Source of the DNA: Geopsychrobacteraceae bacterium
GTDB lineage: Bacteria > Desulfobacterota > Desulfuromonadia > Desulfuromonadales > Geopsychrobacteraceae
Direction: 5' to 3'
NCBI GenBank assembly: GCA_963676795.2
Contig: CAXXTB010000001.1
Span: 1,184,001-1,248,000, forward strand
DNA: 64,000 nucleotides
Shown here piece by piece: positions 48,901-57,644 of the stretch (position 1 is its first letter; every line of letters starts with the position of its first letter). Below the pieces are notes generated by a model, which saw only the letters and a program-made list of their open reading frames with translations, was not told where the DNA came from and searched no databases. A program made the position numbers and the translations under genes.

Positions 48901-50527
48901 TAAGGTCGTACCGGGCAATGGCAAGGTCCATGCCGTGCTAAATAGCCTGGCTCTGCTGCAGCCGTTGGCTGAACTGGCCCGCAGCTGTGCATGCAAGACC
49001 GATGACCTGCTCAAGGCTCTCGATTGCGTCAAGATTACCGAGCAGCCGATTCCATCCACTTCTGATGGGCTCAAGATCCTGTTTGTCGCCTCCGAAGCGA
49101 CCCCGTTCGCCAAGACCGGCGGGCTTGCCGATGTGGTCGGTTCGTTGCCACGGGCACTGCGCCAGCTGGGGCACGACGTTCACGTTGTCATCCCCTGTTA
49201 TCGCAGCGCCGAACGGCAGAATATCCCGCTGGCCCGGGTTCCTCAAAGCGTTGAAGTCCGCCTGCAGGGGACACCGTATCGCGCCGGGCTGAAATATTCG
49301 GTGTTTGACGGGGTGCCTTACTGGCTGATCGATACGCCGGAGTTTTTCGACCGGGATGCACCCTACGGCGATGCCGAGGGGGACTATCCCGACAACGGCC
49401 TGCGCTTTGGTTTCTTCTCCAAGGCGGTACTCGAGCTGGCCAAGCTGCAGAAGTTCCGCCCGGATGTCATCCACCTGCACGACTGGCAGAGCAGCCTGAT
49501 CCCCGGATTGCTGAAGACGAGCTACCGTAACCAGGAATTTTTCCGCCATTGCGGGACACTGCTGACCATTCACAACCTCGGTTATCAGGGGATGTTCCCC
49601 ATGGCGCTGCTCGATCAGCTCGAGCTGCCGGGCGAGATGGGCAGTTCCGATGGGTTGGAATATTTCGGTCGCCTCTCGGCGCTCAAAGGGGGAATCTGCT
49701 ATGCCGACCGGATCAGCACGGTGTCGCCGACCTACTGTGAGGAGATCCAGCGTTCTGAATACGGCCATGGTTTCGACGGTCTGCTGCGCGACCGCCACCA
49801 GCTGCTGCACGGTATCATCAACGGTCTCGACGGCCGGATCTGGAACCCGCAGCAGGATGCTGCTCTGAAGCATCATTTCAGCGCCGGGGACCTAAGTGGT
49901 AAGGTGCGCTGCAAGGAAGCGCTGCAGCGCGAGCTGGGCCTCAAGATCGATGCCGATGTTCCGCTGGTCGCCGTAGTCAGCCGGCTTGACCAGCAGAAGG
50001 GGATGGACCTGATTCAGACCATCTGGCCGCATCTTTTGCAGCGCAACCTGCAGTTTGTGCTGCTCGGTTCGGGACATCGCCAGATGATGCAGTTCTGGCA
50101 GGAGCAGCAGGGTCGGCACAACGGCCAGGTGGCGATCCGCCTGACCTTCAACGAAGCCCTGTCGCATCGGGTTTTTGCCGCCAGCGATATTCTGCTTGTG
50201 CCGAGCCGCTACGAACCCTGCGGTCTGACCCAGATGATCGCCCTGCAGTACGGCGCACTGCCGGTGGCCCGCCATACCGGCGGTCTGGCCGATACGGTCA
50301 TTGATGTCAATTCCGGTGAGCCGAACAGCAACGGCTTTGTCTTCAACGATTCCGACCCCTGGCAGCTGCTGGCCACCATCGATCGGGCACTGAGTTATTA
50401 TCTCGACCGCGAGCGCTGGAACCGTCTGGTCAAAAAGGCAATGCTGCAGGATTTCAGCTGGACCTATTCGGCCAGCCTTTATCAGGAACTCTATCAGGCG
50501 ATTATCGCAGAAAAACTTAAGGAATAG
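45917..50527 (+). CDS. glgA: fused GH13 alpha-amylase-family domain plus glycogen synthase (GT5)
   Basis: GH13: DVVTNHTG, PWNDTAQL, RFDAAM, AEAFW, NPDE. GT5 from ~49070: ASEATPFAKTGGLADV, HLHDWQ, TIHNLGYQG, PSRYEPCGL. Confidence 0.9.
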   Translation: MTEIIFPEGCYPLGIQCGRHSWDSTHLTSQFARDPRPEKTWFRHLLADYLRQFSPDALTAAELELWGTLNLVLKQIARVFLERRDSRFLERNQLEIAGKKLDLAPFEQAFPAYIQGFPAVPVELKSCAGEELQRLISKRRQLREVLLELLLLYIQKDNPALQTATALFAAEEEQLDRLTGYRKSLQELDLAIPEFDDGFAGQPNRLLQRLLVPMRRAGTLYEQLQLLRNIWGTILPEELLTRISTALIQYEREGVIPGFPGEPQLEALDPAAFQDEEPVNFTLDTDWMPRTVLLAKSTYVWLEQLSLKYRREVRTLDQIPDVELDELAASGFTSLWLIGIWKRSRASLKIKNLCGQLQVAASAYAIDDYRVAAELGGEEALAHLRRRCLVRGIDLACDVVTNHTGIESAWMHEHPDWFIQLSHPPYPGYRFSGPDLSADASYSIQIEDGYYDHSEAAVVCRYQNRFSGEERFIYHGNDGTHLPWNDTAQLNYLLPQVREAMIQLIIRVAKDFRIIRFDAAMTLAKRHFQRLWYPLPGGGAGVPSREDHALSHEEFNRLFPEEFWRELVDRIRSEAPDTLLVAEAFWLMEGYFVRTLGMHRVYNSAFMNMLKHEDNAKYRQTLKNILAFDPAILQRFVNFMSNPDEKPAIEQFGDGDKYFCVATLLATMPGLPMFGHGQIEGFTEKYGMEYLAPRWDEQPNYELIARHRRQLFPLLRRRALFSGSEAFQLYDFVSTYGVEDDVYAYSNQLGDERVLVLCNNSPKSISGRVASPVAMEGRAGLSVQQACSINCSGDFVLLRDRVSGLQQLQPSRALGEGGAFDLGPYDHRVLSDFQTLYDGDGRWQTLWQRFGNQGRQNLFIERDALLIEDLWQPCWALLETVSESEAEVEVQISHLLRRYDEVFFDPEWLLQVLIYSGFGVELKAAERLELMHLFESCLPLSDASRYRLLERLFSFRFVRRLLKCNYYDYTDWFGYEEFRLLVQVLLQLQLALLSRKVVPGNGKVHAVLNSLALLQPLAELARSCACKTDDLLKALDCVKITEQPIPSTSDGLKILFVASEATPFAKTGGLADVVGSLPRALRQLGHDVHVVIPCYRSAERQNIPLARVPQSVEVRLQGTPYRAGLKYSVFDGVPYWLIDTPEFFDRDAPYGDAEGDYPDNGLRFGFFSKAVLELAKLQKFRPDVIHLHDWQSSLIPGLLKTSYRNQEFFRHCGTLLTIHNLGYQGMFPMALLDQLELPGEMGSSDGLEYFGRLSALKGGICYADRISTVSPTYCEEIQRSEYGHGFDGLLRDRHQLLHGIINGLDGRIWNPQQDAALKHHFSAGDLSGKVRCKEALQRELGLKIDADVPLVAVVSRLDQQKGMDLIQTIWPHLLQRNLQFVLLGSGHRQMMQFWQEQQGRHNGQVAIRLTFNEALSHRVFAASDILLVPSRYEPCGLTQMIALQYGALPVARHTGGLADTVIDVNSGEPNSNGFVFNDSDPWQLLATIDRALSYYLDRERWNRLVKKAMLQDFSWTYSASLYQELYQAIIAEKLKE

Positions 50528-50551
50528 CTGTTTTCATGGATTGCTGACAAA

Positions 50552-51005
50552 GTTTGTTTCTGCTTTTATCATCATTCGGTTCTGCCCGTCAGATGAGCGC
50601 AGCTCATCGTTGGGCGCCTTCCGTTTGGCTGGTATGAGTGGAGTGGGAAAAAAGAACGATTCACGTCAGTATTTAAAAAGTTTTTTTGCCTACTTTTTCA
50701 ACGCTGGAAAAAGTAGGTCGCCTGCCGGTGCGAGAACCGGCAGTTCCGTCTGTTAAATTCAGACTCAGACAAGATCAAAATCAAAAACACGGGGTCTCGG
50801 CCCCGTACGCCGCCTGACTTTTTGGCCGGAGCCCCAAAAAAGTCAGCAAAAATGGCTTTTTAATATGTCGTTCTCTGGCCTTCATCTCTTCGTAGGTTCA
50901 TGCTAGCAACTGACAACACGCCCCACGATGAGCGCGGCTCATCTAATGGGCAGAACCGGAAAAACTCCGCGATGCGGAGTTTTGATGAAAGCCGTTGAAA
51001 CAACC
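50552..51005 (-). repeat. structured intergenic repeat element, copy C (inverted; ~40-bp subterminal inverted repeats)
   Basis: Reverse complement matches A/B left and middle modules; 50577-50616 vs 50919-50958 are 34/40 inverted repeats. Confidence 0.88.
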
Positions 51006-51032
51006 CGGACCTGCTTGTTGATAGATGTTTGC

Positions 51033-51680
51033 CTAGAAGGGGATTGGACACCAGGTCGCCAGGGGGGTGATCAGCTGGTAGCGGCCGTCGTCCTGCAGTT
51101 CCATGACGATGATGTCGCAGTTCTTCGGGTTGCGCAGGGTCTCGAAATATTCGACCGACCAATGGAACCAGCGCATCAGGAAGATCCTCAGGGTCATGCC
51201 GTGGGTGATGATCAGGGCGTTTTCGGCGAAATCTTCGCGCTCGAAATTGCGATGCATGGTTTCCATGAAGGTACTGATCCGGTCAAAGACGTCGGCACCC
51301 GATTCTCCGTCGGGCATGCGGTAGTAAAACAGGCTGAACGATCTGCGCGTGCGCACCAGGTCGGGAATCGTTTCCGGATCGATGAAGTGCCCCCATTCCT
51401 GCTCCCGGATCCGTGGATCCTCGATGGTCGAGGTGATCCTGTCGCCGAGAACCCTGGCGATCTCTTCAAAGGTCTGGCGTGAACGATACCAGGGGGAGAT
51501 ATAGGCACGCACCGTTCCCTCACCGATGATGTCACTCAGTTTGTGACCGGCTTTTTCCGCCTGCCTGCGTCCCAGGTCAGTCAGGTTGAGCGTGTAGTCG
51601 GGAGTATCCCGGTAGAAGTTCGGATCAGCGTTTCCCTGGGATTCACCGTGGCGAACCAGTATGATGCGTTTTGGTTTCAT
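51033..51680 (-). CDS. histidine phosphatase family protein
   Basis: RHGES, SPWYRSRQT, REQEWG, GESGADV and ITHG. Confidence 0.92.
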   Translation of the reverse strand: MKPKRIILVRHGESQGNADPNFYRDTPDYTLNLTDLGRRQAEKAGHKLSDIIGEGTVRAYISPWYRSRQTFEEIARVLGDRITSTIEDPRIREQEWGHFIDPETIPDLVRTRRSFSLFYYRMPDGESGADVFDRISTFMETMHRNFEREDFAENALIITHGMTLRIFLMRWFHWSVEYFETLRNPKNCDIIVMELQDDGRYQLITPLATWCPIPF

Positions 51681-51720
51681 AAGTTGCTGTGGCCTCTATG
51701 TTGAACACTTCGAGAAGTCT

Positions 51721-53136
51721 CTAAAGTATTTGAATATAGCTGGGAATACAATAGCGCCCTGACGACGAATCTGGTATCCAGGCGCTATTCTGATTGTCAA
51801 TTTCCGTCGGGAAGACCATTTTTTCTGTCACCGCGCGCAGGTTCTTGATCTTCAAAAAAGGTTTGCGCTGCTCCTGTCCCGGTTGCAGGGTGGTGATGAC
51901 CGTCGCGCCGATCAGCCAGCGTTGGGTCTCGCCGAAGAGTACTTTTGCCGCCAGCCCCCAGGCCGTGTGCAGAACAATCGCCTGTCCCTGCCGTTCACCA
52001 ATGTAGAGCATGATATGTCCGGGCATTGTGAGCAGACTGAAAAAAGGCTGCCCTTCGGCCAGAATCAGCTTTTCACGCTCAACCGGGGAGAACTCCTGCA
52101 GCTCTGTGATCCTGCCGATTTTCGCCTGCTGCGAAGAATTCCGCGGCAGCCAGATACCGAATGGGGCCATCAGGTCCCGCGTCATCGCCGAACAGTCTCT
52201 ATAGCCGTAACGTCCGCCCCAGTCATAAGGGGCGCCCAGCAGCGGGGCCGCCAGCTCTGCCATGTGTCTTTGTGTTGCCTGCAGCGGGAAACGCACCGCA
52301 TCTGCCTTGCCCAGTACGGCTTCAACCAGGACGGCATGACGCTCCTGGCCAGCGACCGCGAGCGCCAGACTATAGACGTTTTCAGTGCTGGTCAGAAGGG
52401 GGAGCTGGGTTCCTGTATCAACTATTCCCAGGTAACGGGTCTGTGCATCATAAAGGCTACAACGATCATGTACGACACTGATCAGCGGCAGCTCTTCGAT
52501 CCGAGCGATCAGTTCAGCATCAACCCAGGCAATGTCCTCGGTCGGGATCCAGCCAGAGAAGGCTACCGTTTCGGCAAAATACCAGTCGCCCTTCAGGGAT
52601 CTGTGGCTGACCAGGATCGGGGTGTTGATTGCGATAGAACTGTGTTGAAGCATGTCAAAGGGGAACCCCTCGCCGGCTGCTTGCGGATCGTTGAACAAAG
52701 GGGAGAGCGTTGGCAGTGCCCGCAGGCTGCTTTTGTTGACGGTGATCGCCGGGCGCGACATGCTCGGGTAGTGTCGCTGGTCGGCTTGCTCTATCAGCTG
52801 TTGCTTGCGCAGTGCGCTGACCGGCTTGAGGTTGATGTCAAATGGTCTGGCCGTCTGCAGCCAGTCAATCGCCCAGAATGGATGCTCCGTTTCAGCAAGC
52901 GGGGCCTGACTGTGCCAGGGTTTGAAATACAGTTCACGGTAGTTTTGTGCCAGATCGCTTTGCTGCGCTTCGCTAAGAACGGGAACATCTGCACTTGCCG
53001 GATTGAGATAGGCGCGCGGGTCCTGGGGGAGGTTTGCCAGGTCGGCCGGCTTAAAAGCTGTATTTACCGCGCATCCACTGAGCAGCAGAGAGAAAGACAG
53101 GACCCAAAATAACAGCTGGCGATAGCGACGACTCAT
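51721..53136 (-). CDS. lipoprotein NlpC/P60 (C40) peptidase with SH3 domains
   Basis: Lipobox LSGC; PYDWGG..RDCS, LPRNS and PGHIMLYIG. Confidence 0.9.
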   Translation of the reverse strand: MSRRYRQLLFWVLSFSLLLSGCAVNTAFKPADLANLPQDPRAYLNPASADVPVLSEAQQSDLAQNYRELYFKPWHSQAPLAETEHPFWAIDWLQTARPFDINLKPVSALRKQQLIEQADQRHYPSMSRPAITVNKSSLRALPTLSPLFNDPQAAGEGFPFDMLQHSSIAINTPILVSHRSLKGDWYFAETVAFSGWIPTEDIAWVDAELIARIEELPLISVVHDRCSLYDAQTRYLGIVDTGTQLPLLTSTENVYSLALAVAGQERHAVLVEAVLGKADAVRFPLQATQRHMAELAAPLLGAPYDWGGRYGYRDCSAMTRDLMAPFGIWLPRNSSQQAKIGRITELQEFSPVEREKLILAEGQPFFSLLTMPGHIMLYIGERQGQAIVLHTAWGLAAKVLFGETQRWLIGATVITTLQPGQEQRKPFLKIKNLRAVTEKMVFPTEIDNQNSAWIPDSSSGRYCIPSYIQIL

Positions 53137-53342
53137 GATTCAACCTATGGCATGAAGGTACTGAAATTGAAAGCTCCTCAAGGATATCCGCTTCCAACGG
53201 GAAAAGGAACTCTCCCGCGGAAATTATCTTTGCAGGTTAAAACTGCTGGAGAAAAGCTTTTCATCTCTGTGATATATTGACGTTCTTGGTGATTCACTTT
53301 TAAAGTGAAATTTCAAAGTCTTGATGACAAAGGAGATCCCAA

Positions 53343-53759
53343 ATGAAAACACAACTGTTCCCCTCACTGAAAAAAACCTTTTGTTCTTTCCTGATTGTGA
53401 CCATGACCGCTATGTGCTGGCAGTTCAGCGTTGTCCAGGCACAGATGGTCGGCACCGAACAGCTGATCAGCCAGCAGCAGAATCAGGAAGAGCGGGACAG
53501 GGTCTTAACCTTCCTTGACCGTGAAGATGTTGAGCAGGCGATCATTGCTCAGGGGGTGACTCCGGCGGAGGTTAAGAAAAGGGTCGCTGCACTGACCGAC
53601 GATGAAATCAGCCAGTTAGCCGGCCAGATCGATCAGCTTCCGGCAGGCGCCGGGCTGGAGAGCGTTGTCGGTGCCCTCGTTTTCGTATTTATCGTCCTGC
53701 TTGTGACCGACATCCTCGGGTTTACAAAAGTCTTTCCATTTACCCGCTCCGTTCGCTGA
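53343..53759 (+). CDS. PA2779-family secreted protein
   Basis: Signal peptide; RVAALTDDE..IDQLPAGA; hydrophobic tail LLVTDILG. Confidence 0.8.
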   Translation: MKTQLFPSLKKTFCSFLIVTMTAMCWQFSVVQAQMVGTEQLISQQQNQEERDRVLTFLDREDVEQAIIAQGVTPAEVKKRVAALTDDEISQLAGQIDQLPAGAGLESVVGALVFVFIVLLVTDILGFTKVFPFTRSVR

Positions 53760-53764
53760 CAGGC

Positions 53765-54712
53765 ATGTGGAAAGTAAGTTTCAAGCCGGGAACTCTCAAA
53801 CGTTCCTGGCTTGTTCTTTTTTGTCTTTGTCTCGCGCTGACCTCCTGTGCCGGAGCTGATTTCCTCGCGCAGGCGGATGCACGCTTGCCGCGTCTGGTGC
53901 TTGACGATGTTCCCTTCGTCGCCCAGCAGGACTATCAATGCGGCCCCGCCGCCGTTGCCATGCTGCTCGCCTACAACAGCAGGCCTGCCGCTTTAGAGGA
54001 GCTGATCGAGCAGGTTTACTCTCCCGACCTGCACGGCAGCATCCAACCCTCATTGATCGCCGCCCTGCGTCGTCATGGCTTGTTGGCGTACCAGATCAAG
54101 GGTTTTCACGATCTTGTCGCTGAGCTGGACGCCGGTCATCCGGTGCTGATCCTGCAGAATCTCGGGCTCTCCTGGGTCCAGCGCTGGCATTACTCGGTCG
54201 TTGTCGGTTATGACCGGCAGGAGAAGACGATTCTGCTACACTCGGCGGACAAGCCGCTGATGGAGATGTCGGTTTTTGTTTTTGCCAACACCTGGCGGCG
54301 CAGCGCTGACTGGGGGCTTGTCGCGCTTAATCCCGGGACACTCCCCGCAACGGCACAGGAGCTGCCCTACCTCAAAGCGGTCAGCGCCCTGGAGCAGATC
54401 GGTCTGGTCGTGGAATCCGGTTTGGCCTATGAGGTTGCCACACATCAGTGGCCGACGAGCTTCACCGCCTGGTTCGGCTGGGGCAACAGCCTCTATGCCC
54501 AGGCGGAATTTCCGCGTGCGGCTGAGGCGCTGGAACAGGCCGTGGCTTTGCGTCCGGCAAGTGGCCCGGCGCTCAACAACCTGGCACTGGCCCGGAACGC
54601 CAGCGGTCAAAAGATAATGGCGCTGGAAACCATTCAGAAGGCGATTAATCTGGGCGGTCCCTACCTTGAAACCTACCTCAACAGCCGCAGGGAAATTCTC
54701 GATTCGCCCTGA
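53765..54712 (+). CDS. PA2778-family C39-like cysteine peptidase with TPR (lipoprotein)
   Basis: Lipobox LTSC; QCGPAA, LQNLG and WHYSVVVGYD; C-terminal TPR. Confidence 0.85.
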   Translation: MWKVSFKPGTLKRSWLVLFCLCLALTSCAGADFLAQADARLPRLVLDDVPFVAQQDYQCGPAAVAMLLAYNSRPAALEELIEQVYSPDLHGSIQPSLIAALRRHGLLAYQIKGFHDLVAELDAGHPVLILQNLGLSWVQRWHYSVVVGYDRQEKTILLHSADKPLMEMSVFVFANTWRRSADWGLVALNPGTLPATAQELPYLKAVSALEQIGLVVESGLAYEVATHQWPTSFTAWFGWGNSLYAQAEFPRAAEALEQAVALRPASGPALNNLALARNASGQKIMALETIQKAINLGGPYLETYLNSRREILDSP

Positions 54713-54724
54713 TTTCTGGCCGAC

Positions 54725-55309
54725 TTAAAACTTTTCAGCCCGTTTGATGTACTCGATATAGCGCGGCCAGGCAGCAAGCAGTTTGTCGATTCTGTTCGGC
54801 TGATAGGAGTGCAGCTCGACCAGTTGCGAGGAGAGGATTTCCGAATGAATCCCTCTGGCAAAGGGGATGCCCGAAGCCAGCTTGATGACCGCCGCGTCGT
54901 TGGTGGCCGAGAGTTCAAACAGGTAGTCCTGCAGCGGGGACGCCGCGCCAAACGGGTAGTTACGTTCCTGGAGATCCCAGAGACGTTGTTGCTCCTTGCC
55001 TGCCGGATAGAGCGCGACAAACGCATCTTCATAGTTTTTCTGTCCGGTACGTTTGGCCAGAACATAGGTCGTCAGCAGGCGGTGAAATTTTTCTTCCGAC
55101 TGGCTTAGTTGCTGGTCCAGTTCATTCGTCGAAACAGCGTCGCTTAAGGGGAGTTCACCAAGAAACAGGGCGGCAAGGTATTGATCCTCGGGATCCGAAC
55201 CGTTCAGGCTGGAGTAGAGGTTGCCGATCAGTTTTGAACCTGGTACCGAGGCATCGGCTGAAAATGAGGGGATGATTCCGGTGCAGAAAAATAAAATCAA
55301 TAATTTCAT
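54725..55309 (-). CDS. hypothetical exported protein
   Basis: 194-aa ORF with signal-like N-terminus; no motif recognised. Confidence 0.6.
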   Translation of the reverse strand: MKLLILFFCTGIIPSFSADASVPGSKLIGNLYSSLNGSDPEDQYLAALFLGELPLSDAVSTNELDQQLSQSEEKFHRLLTTYVLAKRTGQKNYEDAFVALYPAGKEQQRLWDLQERNYPFGAASPLQDYLFELSATNDAAVIKLASGIPFARGIHSEILSSQLVELHSYQPNRIDKLLAAWPRYIEYIKRAEKF

Positions 55310-55413
55310 AAAGTAACTTTTTATTTACACTTCTCCATTTAATTAAAGCGATGAGACATTTTTAGCAGAAATTGATCTGCTGTCAATATAAAGAAGTTCG
55401 CGGGGGGAGGATA

Positions 55414-55923
55414 CTATTCAGGACTCTTGTGCTTTTTCCAGGGTTTGAAGATTGAGACGAACAGGGCAACGACTAGAACTGCCGATTGCAGGGAACCGAA
55501 AATCAGGTTCATGCGCTGGTTGTACAGGTAGGCCGGGTCGGTCAGGGCGGCCATGCCGAGCTCACCGGAGATCTCCATCATCGTTGTTTCCCAGGGACCG
55601 AGGAAGAATGTCCCGAAGAGGATAATGGCAACCGTGACAATCCACTTGAAGGTGATCCAGTGGTGTTTGAAGAACCCCCAGTGGCTGAAAAGTGAATAGA
55701 CAAGTCCCGTCAGCAGGCTGCCGATCGCACCGGGGATGACGATGATCAGCATGTCAATATGGTGAATGCTTTGGTTGATACCGTAGAGAACGGCACCGTC
55801 AGAAACAGCATTTTTCAGAAAATAGAGTGAGAGCAGAGAGATGGCTCCTCCGATCCAGCAGGCGACACAGAGCAGGTGGATACCTTTAAGCCATTTCAGT
55901 CCTTTGGGGTCCAGCTTTTTCAA
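55414..55923 (-). CDS. DUF2269-like integral membrane protein
   Basis: HLL..CWIGG, WGFFKHHWI.FKW and SIFKPW; AGGAGG RBS before TTG. Confidence 0.75.
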   Translation of the reverse strand: MKKLDPKGLKWLKGIHLLCVACWIGGAISLLSLYFLKNAVSDGAVLYGINQSIHHIDMLIIVIPGAIGSLLTGLVYSLFSHWGFFKHHWITFKWIVTVAIILFGTFFLGPWETTMMEISGELGMAALTDPAYLYNQRMNLIFGSLQSAVLVVALFVSIFKPWKKHKSPE

Positions 55924-56110
55924 ATCACGGAACCTCCTGTATAAACTGTGGTGCGGGACGGCATCGAATGGAACAGGCTGCTACGTACTCACCCTTATAC
56001 AAACAAACGAACTCATTGACAATGAGGTATACTCTTTTTGTTACTGGTTCGCACCAACGATGCTGCTTTACCCCCTTTCTTTAAAATTCCTTCACACTGG
56101 AGCCATGGTT

Positions 56111-57010
56111 ATGGAACTCAAAGGAATCTATCCGATTGTCCCGACCCCTTTTCTGGATAATGGTGAAGTCGATTATGTCAGTATCGAGCGGCTGGTCGAT
56201 TGCATGGTGAAGAAGAAAGTTCATGGGATAGCGATCATGGGGGCGCTGGGAGAGGGGCCCAAGATGACCGAGCTGGAGCGGGAGCGGATTATCTCGCTCT
56301 ATCGTGAGCTGATGCCGGGCAGTATGCAGCTGATCGTCGGCACACGGGCGGTGGCGACCGACCCGGCCATGCTGATGGCGGCAAAGGCGCGTGATCTGGG
56401 GGCCGATGCCTTGCTGCTCGGGCCGCACGGGGTTCAGAAAGACAAGCCGCTGCTCGAGTATTACCAGATGGTATCGAACGCGGCAAAGATCCCCTGTGTC
56501 ATCCATGATTACCCGGCGGTGACCGGGATCACCATGACGGTCGAACTGATCACGAAGATGTTTGAGACCGCCGAGTATATCCAGTATATCAAGCTTGAGG
56601 AACCGCCGACCGGGGCGAAGATGCAGGCTCTGCAGAAGAGTGTCGGTAAGAAACTCAAGGTTTTTGGCGCATTGGGAGGGAACTACGCGCTCGAGGAGCT
56701 TGAGCTGGGGGCGGTCGGCATCATGACCGGCTTCGTCTACGCCGAGCTGCTGGTCAAGCTCTACAACCACGCCCGGGCCGGTGAGTGGGATGCGGCGCGC
56801 CAGCTGTTCTACGATTTTCTGCCGCTGACCCGCTGGGAATTTCAACCGGGGATCGGCATCTCCCTGCGCAAGAATATGTTCAAGCGGATGGGTGTGTTCT
56901 CTTCGACCAAGGTCCGTCACCCCGGGGCCGAAGCGGATGAGAAAACTGTCGAACAGATGCTCAATATCATTCATTACCTGAATGCCAAAGGATACCGGCT
57001 GGCCTGTTGA
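56111..57010 (+). CDS. dihydrodipicolinate synthase-family (DHDPS/NAL) enzyme, non-canonical
   Basis: GIYPIVPTPF, GALGE, Schiff-base K in YIKLEE and GIMTG. Confidence 0.88.
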   Translation: MELKGIYPIVPTPFLDNGEVDYVSIERLVDCMVKKKVHGIAIMGALGEGPKMTELERERIISLYRELMPGSMQLIVGTRAVATDPAMLMAAKARDLGADALLLGPHGVQKDKPLLEYYQMVSNAAKIPCVIHDYPAVTGITMTVELITKMFETAEYIQYIKLEEPPTGAKMQALQKSVGKKLKVFGALGGNYALEELELGAVGIMTGFVYAELLVKLYNHARAGEWDAARQLFYDFLPLTRWEFQPGIGISLRKNMFKRMGVFSSTKVRHPGAEADEKTVEQMLNIIHYLNAKGYRLAC

Positions 57011-57033
57011 TTTAAAAAAAGAAAGAATAGTGC

Positions 57034-57063
57034 TTGACAGGTCGGGAGTGCTTTTGATAGAAA
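57034..57063 (+). promoter_or_regulatory. sigma70 promoter of tRNA-Val
   Basis: TTGACA-N18-TAGAAA just upstream of the tRNA. Confidence 0.55.
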
Positions 57064-57081
57064 CTCGTCCACAACGATTGG

Positions 57082-57156
<75 letters not shown>

Positions 57157-57177
57157 TCCAATCTTGAGTTATACAAA

Positions 57178-57209
57178 GGCATTCCGTTTTTTCCGGGATG
57201 CCTTTTTTT
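57178..57209 (+). terminator. intrinsic terminator after tRNA
   Basis: GGCATTCCG...CGGGATGCC plus T7. Confidence 0.85.
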
Positions 57210-57644
57210 CGTTTCTGCTCTGTCCGTTTTTCCGAAAGAATATCCTGCGTGAGGTTGAGAACTTTATCATCTCAGCCGGCTGAGGACACGCCTTTTCCCG
57301 ACGAAGATCATGCGCATGTGGATGCCATCACTCTGAGCGTGTTTTTACCGCAAACTTGGGCATCGCTGAGGGGGCATCAAGTCGAGCAATCCGTCAGTCC
57401 CCGGTTATGCGATTCCCTTTGTGATTTGTTCAGACTGTAAACGACCCTGATAAATGCGTCTTCGTCGTACAGCGTCAAGTTGATGACAAAAGTGCGACTG
57501 GCCCCATGCCCAGATAGATATTCTGATATACTGAAGACACTTATCTATCTAGCCGATTTTTTTCGCACCTTTGCTGAAAATGGGGAACCAGGCACTTTGC
57601 TGGAGAGGTGCTCTTAGCTGATTGCTGAACTCAGCGTCCGGCCT

